Notes: generated from the letters alone by a model not told the origin. 64,000 nt of DNA from Saprospiraceae bacterium (GCA_040397785.1 JBBAVI010000011.1:12930-76929); one strand, 5' to 3'. Positions 28,820 through 40,525 are shown, numbered from the stretch's first letter. Numbers and translations: made by a program.

Positions 28820-29344
28820 ATGACCGCTCAACGCAACGAAGAAGACATTATCCGGCAGGTTTTAAATATTTTTTCGGCTCATCTGGAAAAAAGCGGTTTC
28901 CGCAAAACCCCCGAACGGTTTGCCATTTTAGAAGAAATATACAAGCGAACCGACCATTTTGATGCCGAGGCTTTGTATATCCACATGAAAAACAGGAGTT
29001 ACCGCGTCAGCCGCGCAACCGTGTACAATACCCTGGAGCTATTGGTATCTTGTGATTTGGTAAAAAAACATCAATTTGGGAAAAACCTTGCCCAGTATGA
29101 AAAATCATATGGCTTTAAGCAGCACGACCACGTCATCTGTGCCAATTGTGGCAAGGTGGTAGAGTTTTGCGACCCGCGGGTGCAGCAGATTAAAGATATG
29201 GTGGGCGATTTATTAAACTTTAAAATCACCCACCATTCCCTGAATCTGTATGGTATTTGTGGAAATTGCCAGAAAGAAATCGAATTCGGTATCGTACGCA
29301 CCCACCCTAAAGCCGTAGAAGACGAGCCAGGCTGGGGCGATTAA
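28820..29344 (+). CDS. fur: Fur-family metalloregulator
   Basis: 174 aa with a winged-helix N-terminus ([12 protein letters not shown]), [15 protein letters not shown] and a second Cys pair (CGNC). Confidence 0.8.
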   Translation: MTAQRNEEDIIRQVLNIFSAHLEKSGFRKTPERFAILEEIYKRTDHFDAEALYIHMKNRSYRVSRATVYNTLELLVSCDLVKKHQFGKNLAQYEKSYGFKQHDHVICANCGKVVEFCDPRVQQIKDMVGDLLNFKITHHSLNLYGICGNCQKEIEFGIVRTHPKAVEDEPGWGD

Positions 29345-29352
29345 TCCGATTT

Positions 29353-30840
29353 TTAAACAATTTCTGTTACTTTCAACATGTTTGTACGGTGCCGTTGGTG
29401 CAAAGGCATGGAGCCCGTATTGATTACGGTATCACCCACTTCAACATAGCCTGTGGCTTTCAAAATAGCCACAGAATCGTCAATGGTTTCATCGGTTGTG
29501 GTGAATCGGTCATAGTAGAAACACTGTACGCCCCAAAGCAGGTTCATGGTATTCAACATGTGCATTTGGTCGCTAAAGATAAAGATAGCCGCCTTTGGAC
29601 GGAAACTGCTCACTTTAAATGCAGTATAACCAGAAGTGGTCATGCCAATAATTCCTTTTGCGCCAATTTCTTCCGCTACGCGACAAGCATTAAAACACAC
29701 CACATCCGAATGGAAAATACGTGATTTTTCAACGGCACGTGGGCGTTTGCCTTCAATTTGTGGCCAATAACACTTTTCCGCTTCGGCAATAATTTTGGTC
29801 ATGTAATCAATCACGAGTGCCGGGTGGTCCCCCACAGAGGTTTCACCGCTCAGCATTACCGCATCAGCGCCATCTAGTACCGCATTGGCAACGTCGGTTA
29901 CTTCAGCACGGGTGGGCGACGGATTTTTGATCATGCTATCCATCATTTGTGTGGCAACAATCACCGGGCGGGCATATTGCATACAAATTTGAATAATTTC
30001 TTTTTGCGTCATAGGCAGGCGTTCAATCGGCATTTCTACGCCTAAGTCGCCACGCGCCACCATAATTCCATTGCTGGCCTTTACAATTTCGCGGATATTG
30101 CGAATCGCCTCCGGCTTTTCAATTTTGGAAAGTAACTTGGCAGGGTGTCCTTTTGCTTCCACGCGCACGCGCAAATCTTCAATATCTTCAGCACGGCGTA
30201 CAAAAGACAAGGCGATCCAGTTGACAGGCTGGGTCAGGATAAATTCCAAATCCTCCAGGTCTTTTTCAGTCAGGGAAGGCTGTTTGATGTTAGTATCAGG
30301 CAGGTTTACACCTTTATTGCTGCTTAAAATGCCACCAAACAGCGTTTTAAGTTTTACGGTGTCTTTTTTGTTGGTTTCAAGCACCTCAAACACCAGCTTG
30401 CCATCGTCCATCATAATCCGTTCACCCGCTTCACAGTCTTCAGCAAACTCCTTGTAAGACATGTAAATATGCTCCATGGTGCCTTCGCAGTCATAGTTAA
30501 CGATGGTGATCACATCGCCTGCTTCCAGTTTCAGGGCATTGTCTTTAATTTTACCAACCCGCAGTTTTGGGCCTTGTAAATCGGCCAGGATGCTGATATG
30601 CGTTTGATATTGGTTATTAATGGCCTGCACATGTTCGATCACCTTGAGGTGGTCGGCGTGCGAGCCGTGGCTGAAATTGAGTCGAAAAACATCTACTCCA
30701 GCTTTAACAAGTTCTAACAGTTTGTCATAACTGCTACAAGCCGGGCCGACGGTGGCCACGATCTTGGTGTTTTGTGATCCGTCTTTGCGCATTGAACTCG
30801 TATTTTTGTCCGCCAAAGAAACAGCTTCCATTTTTGTCAT
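29353..30840 (-). CDS. pyk: Pyruvate kinase
   Basis: 495 aa with TKIVATVGPA, FRLNFSHG, MVARGDLGVE and LSGETSVG motifs. The true start could be an internal Met. Confidence 0.95.
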   Translation of the reverse strand: MTKMEAVSLADKNTSSMRKDGSQNTKIVATVGPACSSYDKLLELVKAGVDVFRLNFSHGSHADHLKVIEHVQAINNQYQTHISILADLQGPKLRVGKIKDNALKLEAGDVITIVNYDCEGTMEHIYMSYKEFAEDCEAGERIMMDDGKLVFEVLETNKKDTVKLKTLFGGILSSNKGVNLPDTNIKQPSLTEKDLEDLEFILTQPVNWIALSFVRRAEDIEDLRVRVEAKGHPAKLLSKIEKPEAIRNIREIVKASNGIMVARGDLGVEMPIERLPMTQKEIIQICMQYARPVIVATQMMDSMIKNPSPTRAEVTDVANAVLDGADAVMLSGETSVGDHPALVIDYMTKIIAEAEKCYWPQIEGKRPRAVEKSRIFHSDVVCFNACRVAEEIGAKGIIGMTTSGYTAFKVSSFRPKAAIFIFSDQMHMLNTMNLLWGVQCFYYDRFTTTDETIDDSVAILKATGYVEVGDTVINTGSMPLHQRHRTNMLKVTEIV

Positions 30841-31233
30841 CCCAATTTTTTTAATAGTGTACTATTTACAATAAGAATTCGCAACAAAAGTAGTTAAAAG
30901 TAAAGCAGTATTTGCATGGCAGTCATCGGCTTTAAGAATAATTAATATCAAGTGTCTTGGATTTGTCAAAACATATGTTGGGCAACCATGGCAAAATACC
31001 AATCTGGCTAAAAAAAGCAGGCATGGCGGTCCATCGAAACTGCCTTGTAGGCCCAGATTTATGCGTTTTTTTAAAAAAAAATAAAATCTTCAAATCCTAT
31101 TGGATCAGGGGCTATTTTGCCTTTTTAGGATGTAAATAAAAATTTCATTGGGAAAAACTTTTTTTTGGTCGGCAATCACCGTTTCTTTGCCGCTCGAAAA
31201 ATTGACTTTTTTTCACTAAAAGTTCAGAAAAAC

Positions 31234-31473
31234 ATGGCAGACGTAGCCGCACGCGTAAAAAAAATTATTGTTGACAAACTAGGTGTTGACGAAAAGGAAG
31301 TTGTAGCAGAAGCAAATTTCATTCAGGACCTGGGTGCTGACTCGCTTGATACGGTTGAGTTGATCATGGAATTCGAAAAAGAATTCGATGTCGCTATCCC
31401 GGATGAGCAAGCCGAAAAAATCCAAACTGTTGGACAGGCTGTTGCGTACCTCGAAGGTCAGGTGAATGCCTGA
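31234..31473 (+). CDS. acpP: Acyl carrier protein
   Basis: 79 aa from the internal ATG ([18 protein letters not shown]...), with the phosphopantetheine site [13 protein letters not shown]. Confidence 0.95.
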   Translation: MADVAARVKKIIVDKLGVDEKEVVAEANFIQDLGADSLDTVELIMEFEKEFDVAIPDEQAEKIQTVGQAVAYLEGQVNA

Positions 31474-31515
31474 TAAAAAGCCTCCGGCCCACCTGATACC
31501 CGGTTTTAGTTTGCT

Positions 31516-31550
31516 GAAAGGTTCAAGGCGTGCAACGTCTTGAACCTTTC
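31516..31550 (+). terminator. Strong hairpin (terminator/attenuator) between acpP and fabF
   Basis: A perfect 12-bp stem (gaaaggttcaag / cttgaacctttc) is followed by a GUUGUUUC tract. Confidence 0.6.
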
Positions 31551-31610
31551 GTTGTTTCATCTGTCTCTAATTTGCTGTACAAGCGCTAACATGATTTTGT
31601 GTGAACCTTG

Positions 31611-31618
31611 TACATTTG
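31611..31618 (+). promoter_or_regulatory. Candidate -7 promoter box TACATTTG upstream of fabF
   Basis: TAnnTTTG match 52 nt upstream of the fabF ATG, downstream of the acpP hairpin. Confidence 0.35.
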
Positions 31619-31670
31619 TCTATTGAAACTCCAAAAGCCCTCTGTTCAATCAAACAACCTAACTATTTGC

Positions 31671-32912
31671 ATGAAACGAGTTGTCGTAACTGGCATTGGT
31701 GCAATCACGCCAATTGGTAATACGGTTTCTGAATACCTCGCAGGCCTTCAAAATGGCACAAGTGGCGCCAATCTCATTACCTTATTCGATGCGTCGCTTT
31801 TTAAGACCAAATTTGCTTGTGAGGTAAAGGGATTTAATCCGGAAGCACATTTGGACCGCCGTGACGCCCGTAGGATGGACCGCTTTACTCAGTTTGCCAT
31901 GGTGGCTGCGGCCGAAAGTATCCAGAATTCGGGTCTAGACCTTGATGCGATCAATAAACATCGCGTGGGGGTCATTTGGGCATCCGGTATTGGTGGCCTG
32001 GCTACCTTGGAAAAAGAAATTGAAGAACATGTGCTCGGAAACGGTATTCCAAAGCACAATCCGTTTTTGATACCCAAAATGATATCCGACATCGCTGCTG
32101 GCCAAATTTCTATGCAATATGGCTTTATGGGTGTCAATTACTGTACAGTTTCGGCGTGTGCATCCTCTTCGCATGCCATCATGAACGCTTTTGATTACAT
32201 TCGACTAGGTAAGGCCGATATTATTGTGACTGGAGGATCGGAAGCGACCATCACTAAAACAGCTGTTGGTGGGTTTAATTCGATGAAAGCGTTAAGCGAA
32301 CGCAATGAAGGATTTGAAACCGCTTCCCGTCCTTTCGACCTTGACCGGGATGGGTTTGTACTGGGAGAAGGGGCTGGTTCGCTGATTTTGGAGGAATATG
32401 AACATGCAATAAAACGCGGCGCACATATCTTTGCTGAGGTGATGGGCACCGGCGCAACTGCCGATGCTTACCACATTACAGCACCTCACCCAGAAGGTTT
32501 GGGTGTAACCAACGTAATGCGTTTTGCCTTGGAAGAAGCAGGCATGGCTCCGGAAGACATTGATTACGTGAATGTGCATGGTACCTCAACCCCATTGGGC
32601 GATGTTGCGGAGTTAAAAGCCATAAAAACGGTATTCGGTGACCACGCAAGCAAACTGAATATTTCTTCTACAAAAAGTATGACCGGACATCTTTTGGGGG
32701 CAGCCGGTGCAATTGAAGCCATTGCCAGTATTTTGGCGATGCAACACGAATTTGTGCCACCTACCATCAACCACTTTACCGATGATCCCGAAATTGATCC
32801 AACACTCAATCTGACTTTCAACAAAGCACAACCGCGTAAGCTACGGGCTGTGATAAGCAATACTTTTGGATTTGGCGGACATAATGCTTCGGTAATCTTA
32901 AGGCAGGTATAA
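31671..32912 (+). CDS. fabF: Beta-ketoacyl-ACP synthase II
   Basis: The start was moved to MKRVVVTGIGAITPIG. The active-site region is ACASSSHAI, with HGTSTP and GHLLGAAG motifs. Confidence 0.95.
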   Translation: MKRVVVTGIGAITPIGNTVSEYLAGLQNGTSGANLITLFDASLFKTKFACEVKGFNPEAHLDRRDARRMDRFTQFAMVAAAESIQNSGLDLDAINKHRVGVIWASGIGGLATLEKEIEEHVLGNGIPKHNPFLIPKMISDIAAGQISMQYGFMGVNYCTVSACASSSHAIMNAFDYIRLGKADIIVTGGSEATITKTAVGGFNSMKALSERNEGFETASRPFDLDRDGFVLGEGAGSLILEEYEHAIKRGAHIFAEVMGTGATADAYHITAPHPEGLGVTNVMRFALEEAGMAPEDIDYVNVHGTSTPLGDVAELKAIKTVFGDHASKLNISSTKSMTGHLLGAAGAIEAIASILAMQHEFVPPTINHFTDDPEIDPTLNLTFNKAQPRKLRAVISNTFGFGGHNASVILRQV

Positions 32913-32935
32913 GGCAGGTTTAAAACATAGATGCT

Positions 32936-33724
32936 GTGCGATTTCTTCGAAGACTTTACAATTTTTACATTCATCCGGATAAGGAACTGGCTCGTCGACT
33001 GAAGGGACTGATCGGTTTTACGCCGGTCCATATGACGCTGTTCAAGCTGGCTTTTTTTCACAAAAGCACGTTTTCTACTGGAGAATACGCCATTTCTAAC
33101 AATGAACGCCTCGAATTTTTGGGCGATGCCGTACTCAGCACTATTGTAGCCGAATACCTGTTTAAAAAATACCCAAACAGTGATGAAGGCTTTCTGACCA
33201 AGATGCGGTCAAAAATTGTGAAGCGGAATTCATTGGACGAAATCGCAGACAAAATGGGGCTTGACCTTTTTTTGGCAAACTATAACCAGACGCGGCTCTC
33301 CAAATCTATGTTGGGAAACGCCCTGGAGGCATTGGTTGGAGCCATCTATATTGAAGTAGGTTACGAAAAGACCAAAGAATACGTGATTCGAAGGGTATTG
33401 CGCAGGTATCTGGACATCCACGAATTGGAAAGTTTTGACGATAATTACAAAAGCCAACTCTTGGAGTGGTGCCAAAAAAACGGCCGTCAAATTGAGTACA
33501 AAGTGATGGCCAAATATAAAAGTGAAAAGCGGGACAAGTTTAAAGTAGCGGTGTACGTGGATAATAAGAAACTGGGTACTGCCGACGATTTTAACAAAAA
33601 AAGCGCTGAGCAACTCGCCAGTGAACGGGCTATGACGGCATTGGGAATTTTGGGCAATGCCGGTGCCCCCCCGATCTCTGTGACCGAGGAGGAGGAGGAA
33701 GACAATGCAAGCGCTAATACTTAG
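32936..33724 (+). CDS. rnc: Ribonuclease III
   Basis: It has the RNase III signature NERLEFLGDAVL and a C-terminal dsRBD (KSQLLEWCQK...YKV). The start is GTG per the ORF track and is uncertain. Confidence 0.9.
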   Translation: MRFLRRLYNFYIHPDKELARRLKGLIGFTPVHMTLFKLAFFHKSTFSTGEYAISNNERLEFLGDAVLSTIVAEYLFKKYPNSDEGFLTKMRSKIVKRNSLDEIADKMGLDLFLANYNQTRLSKSMLGNALEALVGAIYIEVGYEKTKEYVIRRVLRRYLDIHELESFDDNYKSQLLEWCQKNGRQIEYKVMAKYKSEKRDKFKVAVYVDNKKLGTADDFNKKSAEQLASERAMTALGILGNAGAPPISVTEEEEEDNASANT

Positions 33725-33729
33725 AAATC

Positions 33730-34152
33730 GTGTTTATGGAATTGACCATTCAGACCCCCGCATTGCTTTTTCCGGCGATTTCCCTGTTGTTATTGGCATT
33801 TACCAATAAGTTTCTGGCAATCGCAAATCTGATTCGCAACCTGGTGTCTGATTACGAAAAACATCGTCATGATTTGCTCATGACGCAAATCGCCAGTTTG
33901 AAACGCAGGTTGCAATTGATTCGATGGATGCAGGTATTTGGGATCAGCAGCATGTTATTGTGTGTGGTAACCATGTTTTTGGTTTTTGAAAACTGGCAAA
34001 TAGCCGCAAAAGTATTGTTTGGCGTCAGCCTGTTGTTGATGATCATTTCTTTGCTGCTCAGTTTGCTGGAAATCATCCTTTCGGCTGGTGCGTTGCGCCT
34101 GATTTTGCGTGATTTTGAAGAAAAGGAGCGTACGTTGAAGCTACACGAATAA
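33730..34152 (+). CDS. DUF2721-like membrane protein
   Basis: 140 aa with three hydrophobic helices. The N-terminal LLFPAISLLLLAFTNKFLAIANLIRNL resembles DUF2721. The alternative ATG is at 33736. Confidence 0.55.
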   Translation: MFMELTIQTPALLFPAISLLLLAFTNKFLAIANLIRNLVSDYEKHRHDLLMTQIASLKRRLQLIRWMQVFGISSMLLCVVTMFLVFENWQIAAKVLFGVSLLLMIISLLLSLLEIILSAGALRLILRDFEEKERTLKLHE

Positions 34153-34212
34153 AATATTTGAAAAATTGAAGAATTTGCTTACCTTTGCAGGCGATTAGAT
34201 TAACTGGCGAAT

Positions 34213-34246
34213 AAAAGAGGGAACCAAAAGTTCCCTCTTTTCTTTA
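34213..34246 (+). terminator. Rho-independent terminator
   Basis: A perfect 12-bp stem (aaaagagggaac / gttccctctttt) with a 5-nt loop is followed by a T-rich tail. Confidence 0.8.
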
Positions 34247-34295
34247 TAGGTGCTTGATTTTCAAGTGTTCGTCGGAGTTTTTTGAAGTTAAAAAT

Positions 34296-34775
34296 ATGGA
34301 ACTGACGGAACGCATTGACCAACTTTTATCAGAGAAATACAGCACGGACGAGATGTTTACCGATTGCTTTACGGTGGATATTGAACTGAGGCCAGCACAA
34401 AAGCTGTATGTTTTTGTAGATTGCGATTCAGGTATGACGTTTGAAAAATGTCGCAAACTGAGTCGTTACCTTGAGCAGCACATTGATACCAATAATTGGC
34501 TGGGCGAAAAGTACGTGCTCGAGGTGAGCAGCCCCGGCATTGAACGCCCACTGAAGTTTTTGCGACAGTATCAAAAGAACCTGGGGCGTACCTTGGAAAT
34601 AACCCTTACCGACAAAACGAAAAAGAAAGGCGTGCTCAAATCAGCGGATGAACAGCAGGTCATTTTAGAAGATACGGTCATTGAAAAAATTGAGAAGAAA
34701 AAAGTGGAAGTACAGGTCGAAATGCCGATTCCATTTGATCAGATCGAAAAGGCCGTTATAAAAGTTGTGTTTTGA
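34296..34775 (+). CDS. rimP: Ribosome maturation factor RimP
   Basis: The start was moved to MELTERIDQLL. It has the LEVSSPGIERPL motif and lies directly upstream of nusA-infB. Confidence 0.85.
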   Translation: MELTERIDQLLSEKYSTDEMFTDCFTVDIELRPAQKLYVFVDCDSGMTFEKCRKLSRYLEQHIDTNNWLGEKYVLEVSSPGIERPLKFLRQYQKNLGRTLEITLTDKTKKKGVLKSADEQQVILEDTVIEKIEKKKVEVQVEMPIPFDQIEKAVIKVVF

Positions 34776-34854
34776 GTAAAAAGGCAAAAGTATCTTTGCG
34801 CCCAAGCATTTAATAAACCAAACATCACATCACAATCAATCCTACCATTTTCCT

Positions 34855-36120
34855 ATGGTTAATTTAGTAGATGTCTTTGCTGACTTTAAATCGGGAAAGA
34901 ATATAGACCGTCCCACGATGGTGCGCGTTTTGGAAGACGTTTTTAGAACATTGATTAAGAAAAAATACGGCTCCGATGAAAATTTTGACGTAATTGTCAA
35001 TACCAACAAAGGTGACCTAGAGATCTGGCGTGTGCGGGAAGTGGTAACGGATGGAGAGGTCACCGACGAGCGCAGCCAAATCAGTTTGTCAGAAGCGCAC
35101 AGCGTAGATGAAAGTATCGCCACGGGTGATGAATGTTACGAGCAGTTGTCAATCGAAGATTTTGGACGCCGTGCTATTATGGCAGCGCGCCAAACCTTGG
35201 TTTCGCGGATTATGGAACTGGAAAAAGACGAGGTGTTCCGCAAATATACAGAACGGGTAGGCGAGGTCGTGATCGGCGAAATAAGCCAGATTATGAAAAA
35301 AGAAGTGTTGGTGTTGGATGATGCAACCGGAAACGAATTGGTGTTGCCGCGCACAGAAATGATTAAAGGCGATTACTACCGCAAGGGCGATGTAGTAAAA
35401 GGCGTGATACGGAAAGTGGAAATGCGCAACAATGCACCGTTTGTAATGTTAAGCCGTACAGATTCTATTTTCCTCGAAAAATTATTGCGTGCGGAGGTTC
35501 CAGAAATTGAAGACGGCGTGATTGAAGTAAAACACATTGTACGGCTCCCGGGCGAACGTGCGAAAGTGGCCGTTGAAAGCCACGATGATCGGGTCGATCC
35601 GGTTGGTGCATGTGTTGGTATGAAAGGTAGCCGTATCCACGGAATCGTACGCGAATTGCGTAATGAAAATATTGACATCATCAATTACACGACCAACTTG
35701 CCGCTGTATATCACACGTAGTTTGACGCCAGCGAAAATCAGCAATATTGAGATCGATCATGAACGCAAGCGTGTTTCGGTGTTTTTAGATGCAGATCAGG
35801 TGAGTTTGGCCATCGGTAAGGCCGGTTCAAACATTAAATTGGCATCCAAACTGACCGGCTACGAAATTGATGTGTACCGCAACCAGGCACAGGAGTACGA
35901 AATTGACGATGTGGATCTGGAAGAATTCGGCGACGAAATCGAACCATGGGTAATCGAAGCGTTCAAAAATATTGGTTGCGATACAGCCCGTCAGGTACTG
36001 GAACTCAGTGCAGAAGAGTTGATTCGCCGCACCGATCTTGAAGAAGAAACTGTGCGTTTTGTCTTGTCTATTCTGGCAGCAGAATTTGAAGAAGGCGGCG
36101 GGAACGAACCAAAGGCTTAA
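34855..36120 (+). CDS. nusA: Transcription termination/antitermination factor NusA
   Basis: 421 aa with an S1 domain and KH domains (DPVGACVGMKGSRI, AIGKAGSNIKLASKLTG). Confidence 0.95.
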   Translation: MVNLVDVFADFKSGKNIDRPTMVRVLEDVFRTLIKKKYGSDENFDVIVNTNKGDLEIWRVREVVTDGEVTDERSQISLSEAHSVDESIATGDECYEQLSIEDFGRRAIMAARQTLVSRIMELEKDEVFRKYTERVGEVVIGEISQIMKKEVLVLDDATGNELVLPRTEMIKGDYYRKGDVVKGVIRKVEMRNNAPFVMLSRTDSIFLEKLLRAEVPEIEDGVIEVKHIVRLPGERAKVAVESHDDRVDPVGACVGMKGSRIHGIVRELRNENIDIINYTTNLPLYITRSLTPAKISNIEIDHERKRVSVFLDADQVSLAIGKAGSNIKLASKLTGYEIDVYRNQAQEYEIDDVDLEEFGDEIEPWVIEAFKNIGCDTARQVLELSAEELIRRTDLEEETVRFVLSILAAEFEEGGGNEPKA

Positions 36121-36330
36121 GGTGTTTTAGGAGAAATATTGGGCTGCCGTTAAAAAGACTTGCAGCACTTTCATTTCAAACCTAAATCCTCCAAGCTTTT
36201 TTCGTACTTTCGCACCACTTTTCACACATACTAAATTTTTTGAGCCTTCTAAACGGATTTATAAGCGGAAAACGCTAAATTGCACACAAAACCAACAAAA
36301 TTAATTTCAACAAAGCAGGAAAAACGCTGC

Positions 36331-39300
36331 ATGGCAATAAAACTAATTAAGGTAGCAAAGGAATTCAACGTTGGCTTACACACCATCGTCGAGACACTAC
36401 ATGGAAAGGGCTTCCAAGTAGATGAGAAACCGACGACTGATATCACCGACGAAATGTTGGCGGTACTTCAAAAAGAGTTCCAGAAAGACCTTGTTATCAA
36501 ACAGGAAGCAGACAAACTCGCGCGGCCCGTGCTCAAAAAAGAGCCAGCCACTGCTGCAGCAGCTCCTGTATCCAATACGACTACAACTGGGCCGCCACCA
36601 GCGCGACCCTCCTTCCTCCCTCCAAGAGAAGAAGGACCTAAACCTGCGCTTCCCAAAGTGGAGCAGGAAACGCCTGTACAGCCTGCTGCCCCTAAAAAAG
36701 AAGAGCAGGAACCAATACAGCGTGAACGCCAGGGCGGTTTGAAAATCGTGGGTAAAATTGATTTAGATGCGCACAAAACAGCACCTAAAACAGCAGAAAA
36801 GCCCGTTCCACCAACACCCGTTGTGGAGCCTGAACTTAAAAAAGCAGCACCTGTAGTGCCTGTACCACCAGTGGTCGAAACTGTAAAACCAGCGCCGCCA
36901 CCTGTTAACGTACCCCGTACTGCTGATAAAACTCCGAACGTTGCTCCGACACCAAAACCGGAACCAACACCCGTAAAGTCGGAGCCACCACCGCGTAGAG
37001 AGCCACGGCAAGATTTCCTCAAAAAGGAAACACCGCCGCCGGTCGTAAAAAAAGCCGATCCTGCTCCTCCAGTGCAAAGGCCAAAACCACAGGACCGCGT
37101 TGTGCCTCCGGTTCAAAAAGAACCAACGCCGCCGCCCGCTACAACAGAGCCACCAGTTGCAGAAGAAGCAAAAGGTGATGAATTGTACCGCGCGGATGCA
37201 ACACCGTTGCGTGGTCTGAAAATTTTGGGCCGCATTAACCTGAACCCACCACGCAAACCCGAACCACCGGCCGAACGCCCCAACCAGGGCGGACAAGGCG
37301 GACAGGGCGGCAACCGCAACCAACAAGGTGGCGGAAATCGCAACCAGGGCGGACAAGGCGGCAACCGCAACCAACAAGGTGGCGGAAATCGCAACAACCC
37401 ACAAAATGCAGGTCCAGGCGGCCAAAATCGCCCAGTAACCCCTGCTGGAGGTGGAACAGGAACTCCTGCTGCTGGTGGCGCAACAAATGCAAATAGCGAT
37501 GACGCACGCCGCAAGCGCAAGCGCAAAAAAGTGCCACAACAACCGGTAACTGCCGCAACGCTGCAGGCTACCATGACAGGCAACCAAGGCGATAAGAAAG
37601 GCAAAGGCCGTGTAGATGCTCCGAAAGAGGTTTCTCAAAAAGAAATTGAGGACCAAATCAAGCAAACTATGGCACGGCTCGGCGCAGGTGCCAGCCGCAA
37701 ACGCCAAAAAATGCGCCGCGATAAACGCGATGTCATGCGCGAACGTGCGGAACTTGCTGAACAAGCCCGCAGCGAAAGCGACAAAACACTACAAGTAACA
37801 GAGTTTATCTCGGTTTCCGACCTGGCTTCACTGCTGAGCGTAAAACCTGCCGATATTATCAAGTCTTGTATGACCCTCGGCATTTTCGTTTCCATCAACC
37901 AACGCCTCGATGCGGAAATCATCGAACTGGTTGCCAACGAAAATGGCTATACCGTGCAGTTTATCAGTGCCGAAGAACAGGTGGAGGTTGAAGAAGAAGA
38001 AGTTGACGATCCTGCTGACCTGCGCCCACGCCAACCTATTGTTACGGTAATGGGCCACGTCGATCACGGTAAAACCTCGCTGCTCGACTTTATCCGGAGC
38101 GCCGACGTAGCCAGTGGTGAGGCCGGTGGTATCACCCAACATATTGGTGCTTATGAGGTGGCCATCGATAAAGATGACATAAATAAAAAGATCACCTTCC
38201 TGGATACACCGGGTCACGAAGCCTTTACGGCCATGCGTGCACGGGGTGCGAAAGTTACAGACATAGCCGTCATCATGATTGCGGCCGACGATAGTATCAT
38301 GCCACAAACGCGAGAAGCAATTAGCCACGCGCAAGCGGCCGGTGTACCACTCGTATTTGCCATTAATAAAATTGATAAGGCGGGTGCCGACCCTGAACGC
38401 ATCAAAAACGAACTGGCTCAAATGAACCTGCTCGTGGAAGAATGGGGCGGTAAATACCAAAGCCAAGACATTTCGGCCAAAAAAGGTCTGAATATCGATA
38501 AATTACTCGAAAAAATCCTGCTCGAAGCCGAATTGCTCGAATTGAAAGCAAATCCAAAACGCCGGGCATCCGGTACTGTTTTGGAGGCATCGCTCGACAA
38601 AGGCCGGGGGTATGTGACAAAGATTTTGATTGATAATGGCTCGTTGCATAAAGGAGACCCGATTATTGCGGGTGAATTTGCCGGTAAGGTGAAGGCCATG
38701 TACAACGAACGCGGTAAGGAAGTAAAAGAAGCAGGCCCTGCAGCACCTGTATTGGTGTTGGGCTTGCCCGGCGCACCACAAGCGGGTGAAAAGATCAAAG
38801 TTACTTCGAGTGATAGCGAGGCAAAAGAAATTGCCAACAAACGCGCACAAATCATTCGCGAACAATCGAACCGTGCCAACAAACGGATCAGCTTGGAAGA
38901 GATTGGTCGTCGTTTGGCACTGGGCAACTTTAAAGAACTGAAACTCATCGTTAAAGGTGACGTGGATGGTTCGGTAGAGGCCTTGAGCGATTCCTTGATC
39001 AAACTGTCGATCGAAAAAGTTGCGGTATCGGTTATCCACAAAGCCGTTGGTCAAATTGCCGACAGCGACGTGATGCTGGCTTCCGCTTCGGATGCAATCA
39101 TTATCGGTTTCCAGGTGCGACCATCTATTACTGCCCGCAAACTGGCCGAGAAAGAAGGCGTGGAGATCAAATTGTACTCCATCATTTACGAAGCCATCGA
39201 AGAGGTCAAAGCGGCCATACTCGGTATGTTGGAGCCTACCAAAGAAGAAGAAATCATGGGCCAAGTGGAAATCCGCGAGGTGTACAAGATTTCGAAGGTG

Positions 39301-39561
39301 GGTACCGTGGCAGGTTGTATCGTACAAGAGGGCAAAATCAGCCGCAACCATTATGTGCGGATCATCCGCGATGGTATCGTGGTGTACCCAACCAATCCGA
39401 ACCAACATGCAGAACTCGCTTCGCTGAAACGTTTCAAAGAAGATGCGAAAGAGGTGAAAGCAGGCTTGGAATGTGGTTTGACCATCAAGAACTTCAACGA
39501 CATTAAAGACGGCGATGTAGTCGAATCTTATGTGATCAATGAAGTGAAAGCGACAATTTAA
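36331..39561 (+). CDS. infB: Translation initiation factor IF-2 with long Pro-rich/Gly-Asn-Gln-rich N-terminal extension
   Basis: The start was moved to [14 protein letters not shown] (IF2_N). GTPase motifs are [17 protein letters not shown] and NKID. Confidence 0.95.
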   Translation: MAIKLIKVAKEFNVGLHTIVETLHGKGFQVDEKPTTDITDEMLAVLQKEFQKDLVIKQEADKLARPVLKKEPATAAAAPVSNTTTTGPPPARPSFLPPREEGPKPALPKVEQETPVQPAAPKKEEQEPIQRERQGGLKIVGKIDLDAHKTAPKTAEKPVPPTPVVEPELKKAAPVVPVPPVVETVKPAPPPVNVPRTADKTPNVAPTPKPEPTPVKSEPPPRREPRQDFLKKETPPPVVKKADPAPPVQRPKPQDRVVPPVQKEPTPPPATTEPPVAEEAKGDELYRADATPLRGLKILGRINLNPPRKPEPPAERPNQGGQGGQGGNRNQQGGGNRNQGGQGGNRNQQGGGNRNNPQNAGPGGQNRPVTPAGGGTGTPAAGGATNANSDDARRKRKRKKVPQQPVTAATLQATMTGNQGDKKGKGRVDAPKEVSQKEIEDQIKQTMARLGAGASRKRQKMRRDKRDVMRERAELAEQARSESDKTLQVTEFISVSDLASLLSVKPADIIKSCMTLGIFVSINQRLDAEIIELVANENGYTVQFISAEEQVEVEEEEVDDPADLRPRQPIVTVMGHVDHGKTSLLDFIRSADVASGEAGGITQHIGAYEVAIDKDDINKKITFLDTPGHEAFTAMRARGAKVTDIAVIMIAADDSIMPQTREAISHAQAAGVPLVFAINKIDKAGADPERIKNELAQMNLLVEEWGGKYQSQDISAKKGLNIDKLLEKILLEAELLELKANPKRRASGTVLEASLDKGRGYVTKILIDNGSLHKGDPIIAGEFAGKVKAMYNERGKEVKEAGPAAPVLVLGLPGAPQAGEKIKVTSSDSEAKEIANKRAQIIREQSNRANKRISLEEIGRRLALGNFKELKLIVKGDVDGSVEALSDSLIKLSIEKVAVSVIHKAVGQIADSDVMLASASDAIIIGFQVRPSITARKLAEKEGVEIKLYSIIYEAIEEVKAAILGMLEPTKEEEIMGQVEIREVYKISKVGTVAGCIVQEGKISRNHYVRIIRDGIVVYPTNPNQHAELASLKRFKEDAKEVKAGLECGLTIKNFNDIKDGDVVESYVINEVKATI
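37281..37391. repeat. In-frame tandem duplication inside infB (51-nt unit; first copy carries a 9-nt insert)
   Basis: The unit caaccagggcggacaaggcg[gacagggcg]gcaaccgcaaccaacaaggtggcggaaatcg occurs at 37281-37340 and is repeated at 37341-37391. It encodes NQGGQGG(QGG)[10 protein letters not shown]. Confidence 0.85.
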
Positions 39562-39584
39562 GTGTTAGTTCAGAATATTTTACC

Positions 39585-39621
39585 AAAAAATGCCTTCGTT
39601 CGAAACGAGGGCATTTTTTTT
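39585..39621 (+). terminator. Rho-independent terminator after infB
   Basis: An 11-bp stem (atgccttcgtt / aacgagggcat, one G-U pair) has an A-run upstream and T7-8 downstream, so it could work in both directions. Confidence 0.8.
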
Positions 39622-39646
39622 GCATAGAAAAGAAAAACACAACTTC

Positions 39647-40525
39647 ATGAAAGGAATCATTTTGGCGGGCGGTTTAGGTACCCGACTTTATCCGCTCACG
39701 CTGGCTGTCAGCAAACAGCTTATGCCTGTTTACGACAAGCCTATGATCTATTACCCGCTTTCAACCTTGATGCTGGCGGGCATTCGCGACATCCTGATTA
39801 TTTCTACGCCTTACGACCTGCCCAAGTTTGAACAACTGTTCGGCGACGGAAAGGAGCTGGGCATGAATTTTTCTTATGTTGCACAGCCAGAGCCCAATGG
39901 TCTGGCACAGGCCTTTGTACTCGGAGCGCCTTTTATCGGAAAGGACAACGCATCGTTGATTCTGGGTGATAATATTTTTTATGGCGCCGGATTGGGTGAA
40001 AAGGTGCGCTCCTGCAACACGCCAGAAGGGGGGATCATTTTCGCTTACCAAGTAGCCGATCCTGAACGTTATGGGGTGGTGGAGTTTGATAAAGAAAACC
40101 GCGCTTTGAGTATTGAGGAAAAGCCGAGTCATCCCAAAAGCAACTTTGCGGTGCCTGGCTTGTATTTTTATGATAACAGTGTGGTGGAGGTAGCAAAAAA
40201 CCTGAAACCATCGGCCAGGGGCGAATATGAAATTACCGATGTAAACCGCTATTACCTCGAACAAGGTAAGTTGCAAGTGCGCGCAATGGGCCGCGGCTAT
40301 GCCTGGTTGGATACAGGTACCCATGAATCTTTGATGCAAGCAGGGCATTTTGTACAAGCAATTGAGGATCGTCAAGGCCTCAAAATTGGTTGTATTGAAG
40401 AGATTGCGTGGGAAATGGGATTTATCGACGATGAAGGTCTGGAGGCGCTGGGCAACAAATTTATCAAAAGCGGCTACGGTGAATACCTGTTAAATTTGTT
40501 AAAATTTCGTTATGGCGGAAAATAA
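39647..40525 (+). CDS. rfbA: Glucose-1-phosphate thymidylyltransferase
   Basis: The start was moved to [18 protein letters not shown]. The sequence is RmlA-like throughout ([32 protein letters not shown]). Confidence 0.93.
   Translation: MKGIILAGGLGTRLYPLTLAVSKQLMPVYDKPMIYYPLSTLMLAGIRDILIISTPYDLPKFEQLFGDGKELGMNFSYVAQPEPNGLAQAFVLGAPFIGKDNASLILGDNIFYGAGLGEKVRSCNTPEGGIIFAYQVADPERYGVVEFDKENRALSIEEKPSHPKSNFAVPGLYFYDNSVVEVAKNLKPSARGEYEITDVNRYYLEQGKLQVRAMGRGYAWLDTGTHESLMQAGHFVQAIEDRQGLKIGCIEEIAWEMGFIDDEGLEALGNKFIKSGYGEYLLNLLKFRYGGK

Noticed and set aside
36468-37764. 184-aa and 333-aa minus-strand ORFs (plus several shorter ones) antisense to the infB N-terminal region
   Set aside because: They mirror the Pro/Gly/Asn-rich repetitive coding sequence of IF-2 and translate to Trp/Cys/Arg/Gly-rich nonsense. 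They are an artefact of low-complexity sequence lacking stop codons on the opposite strand.
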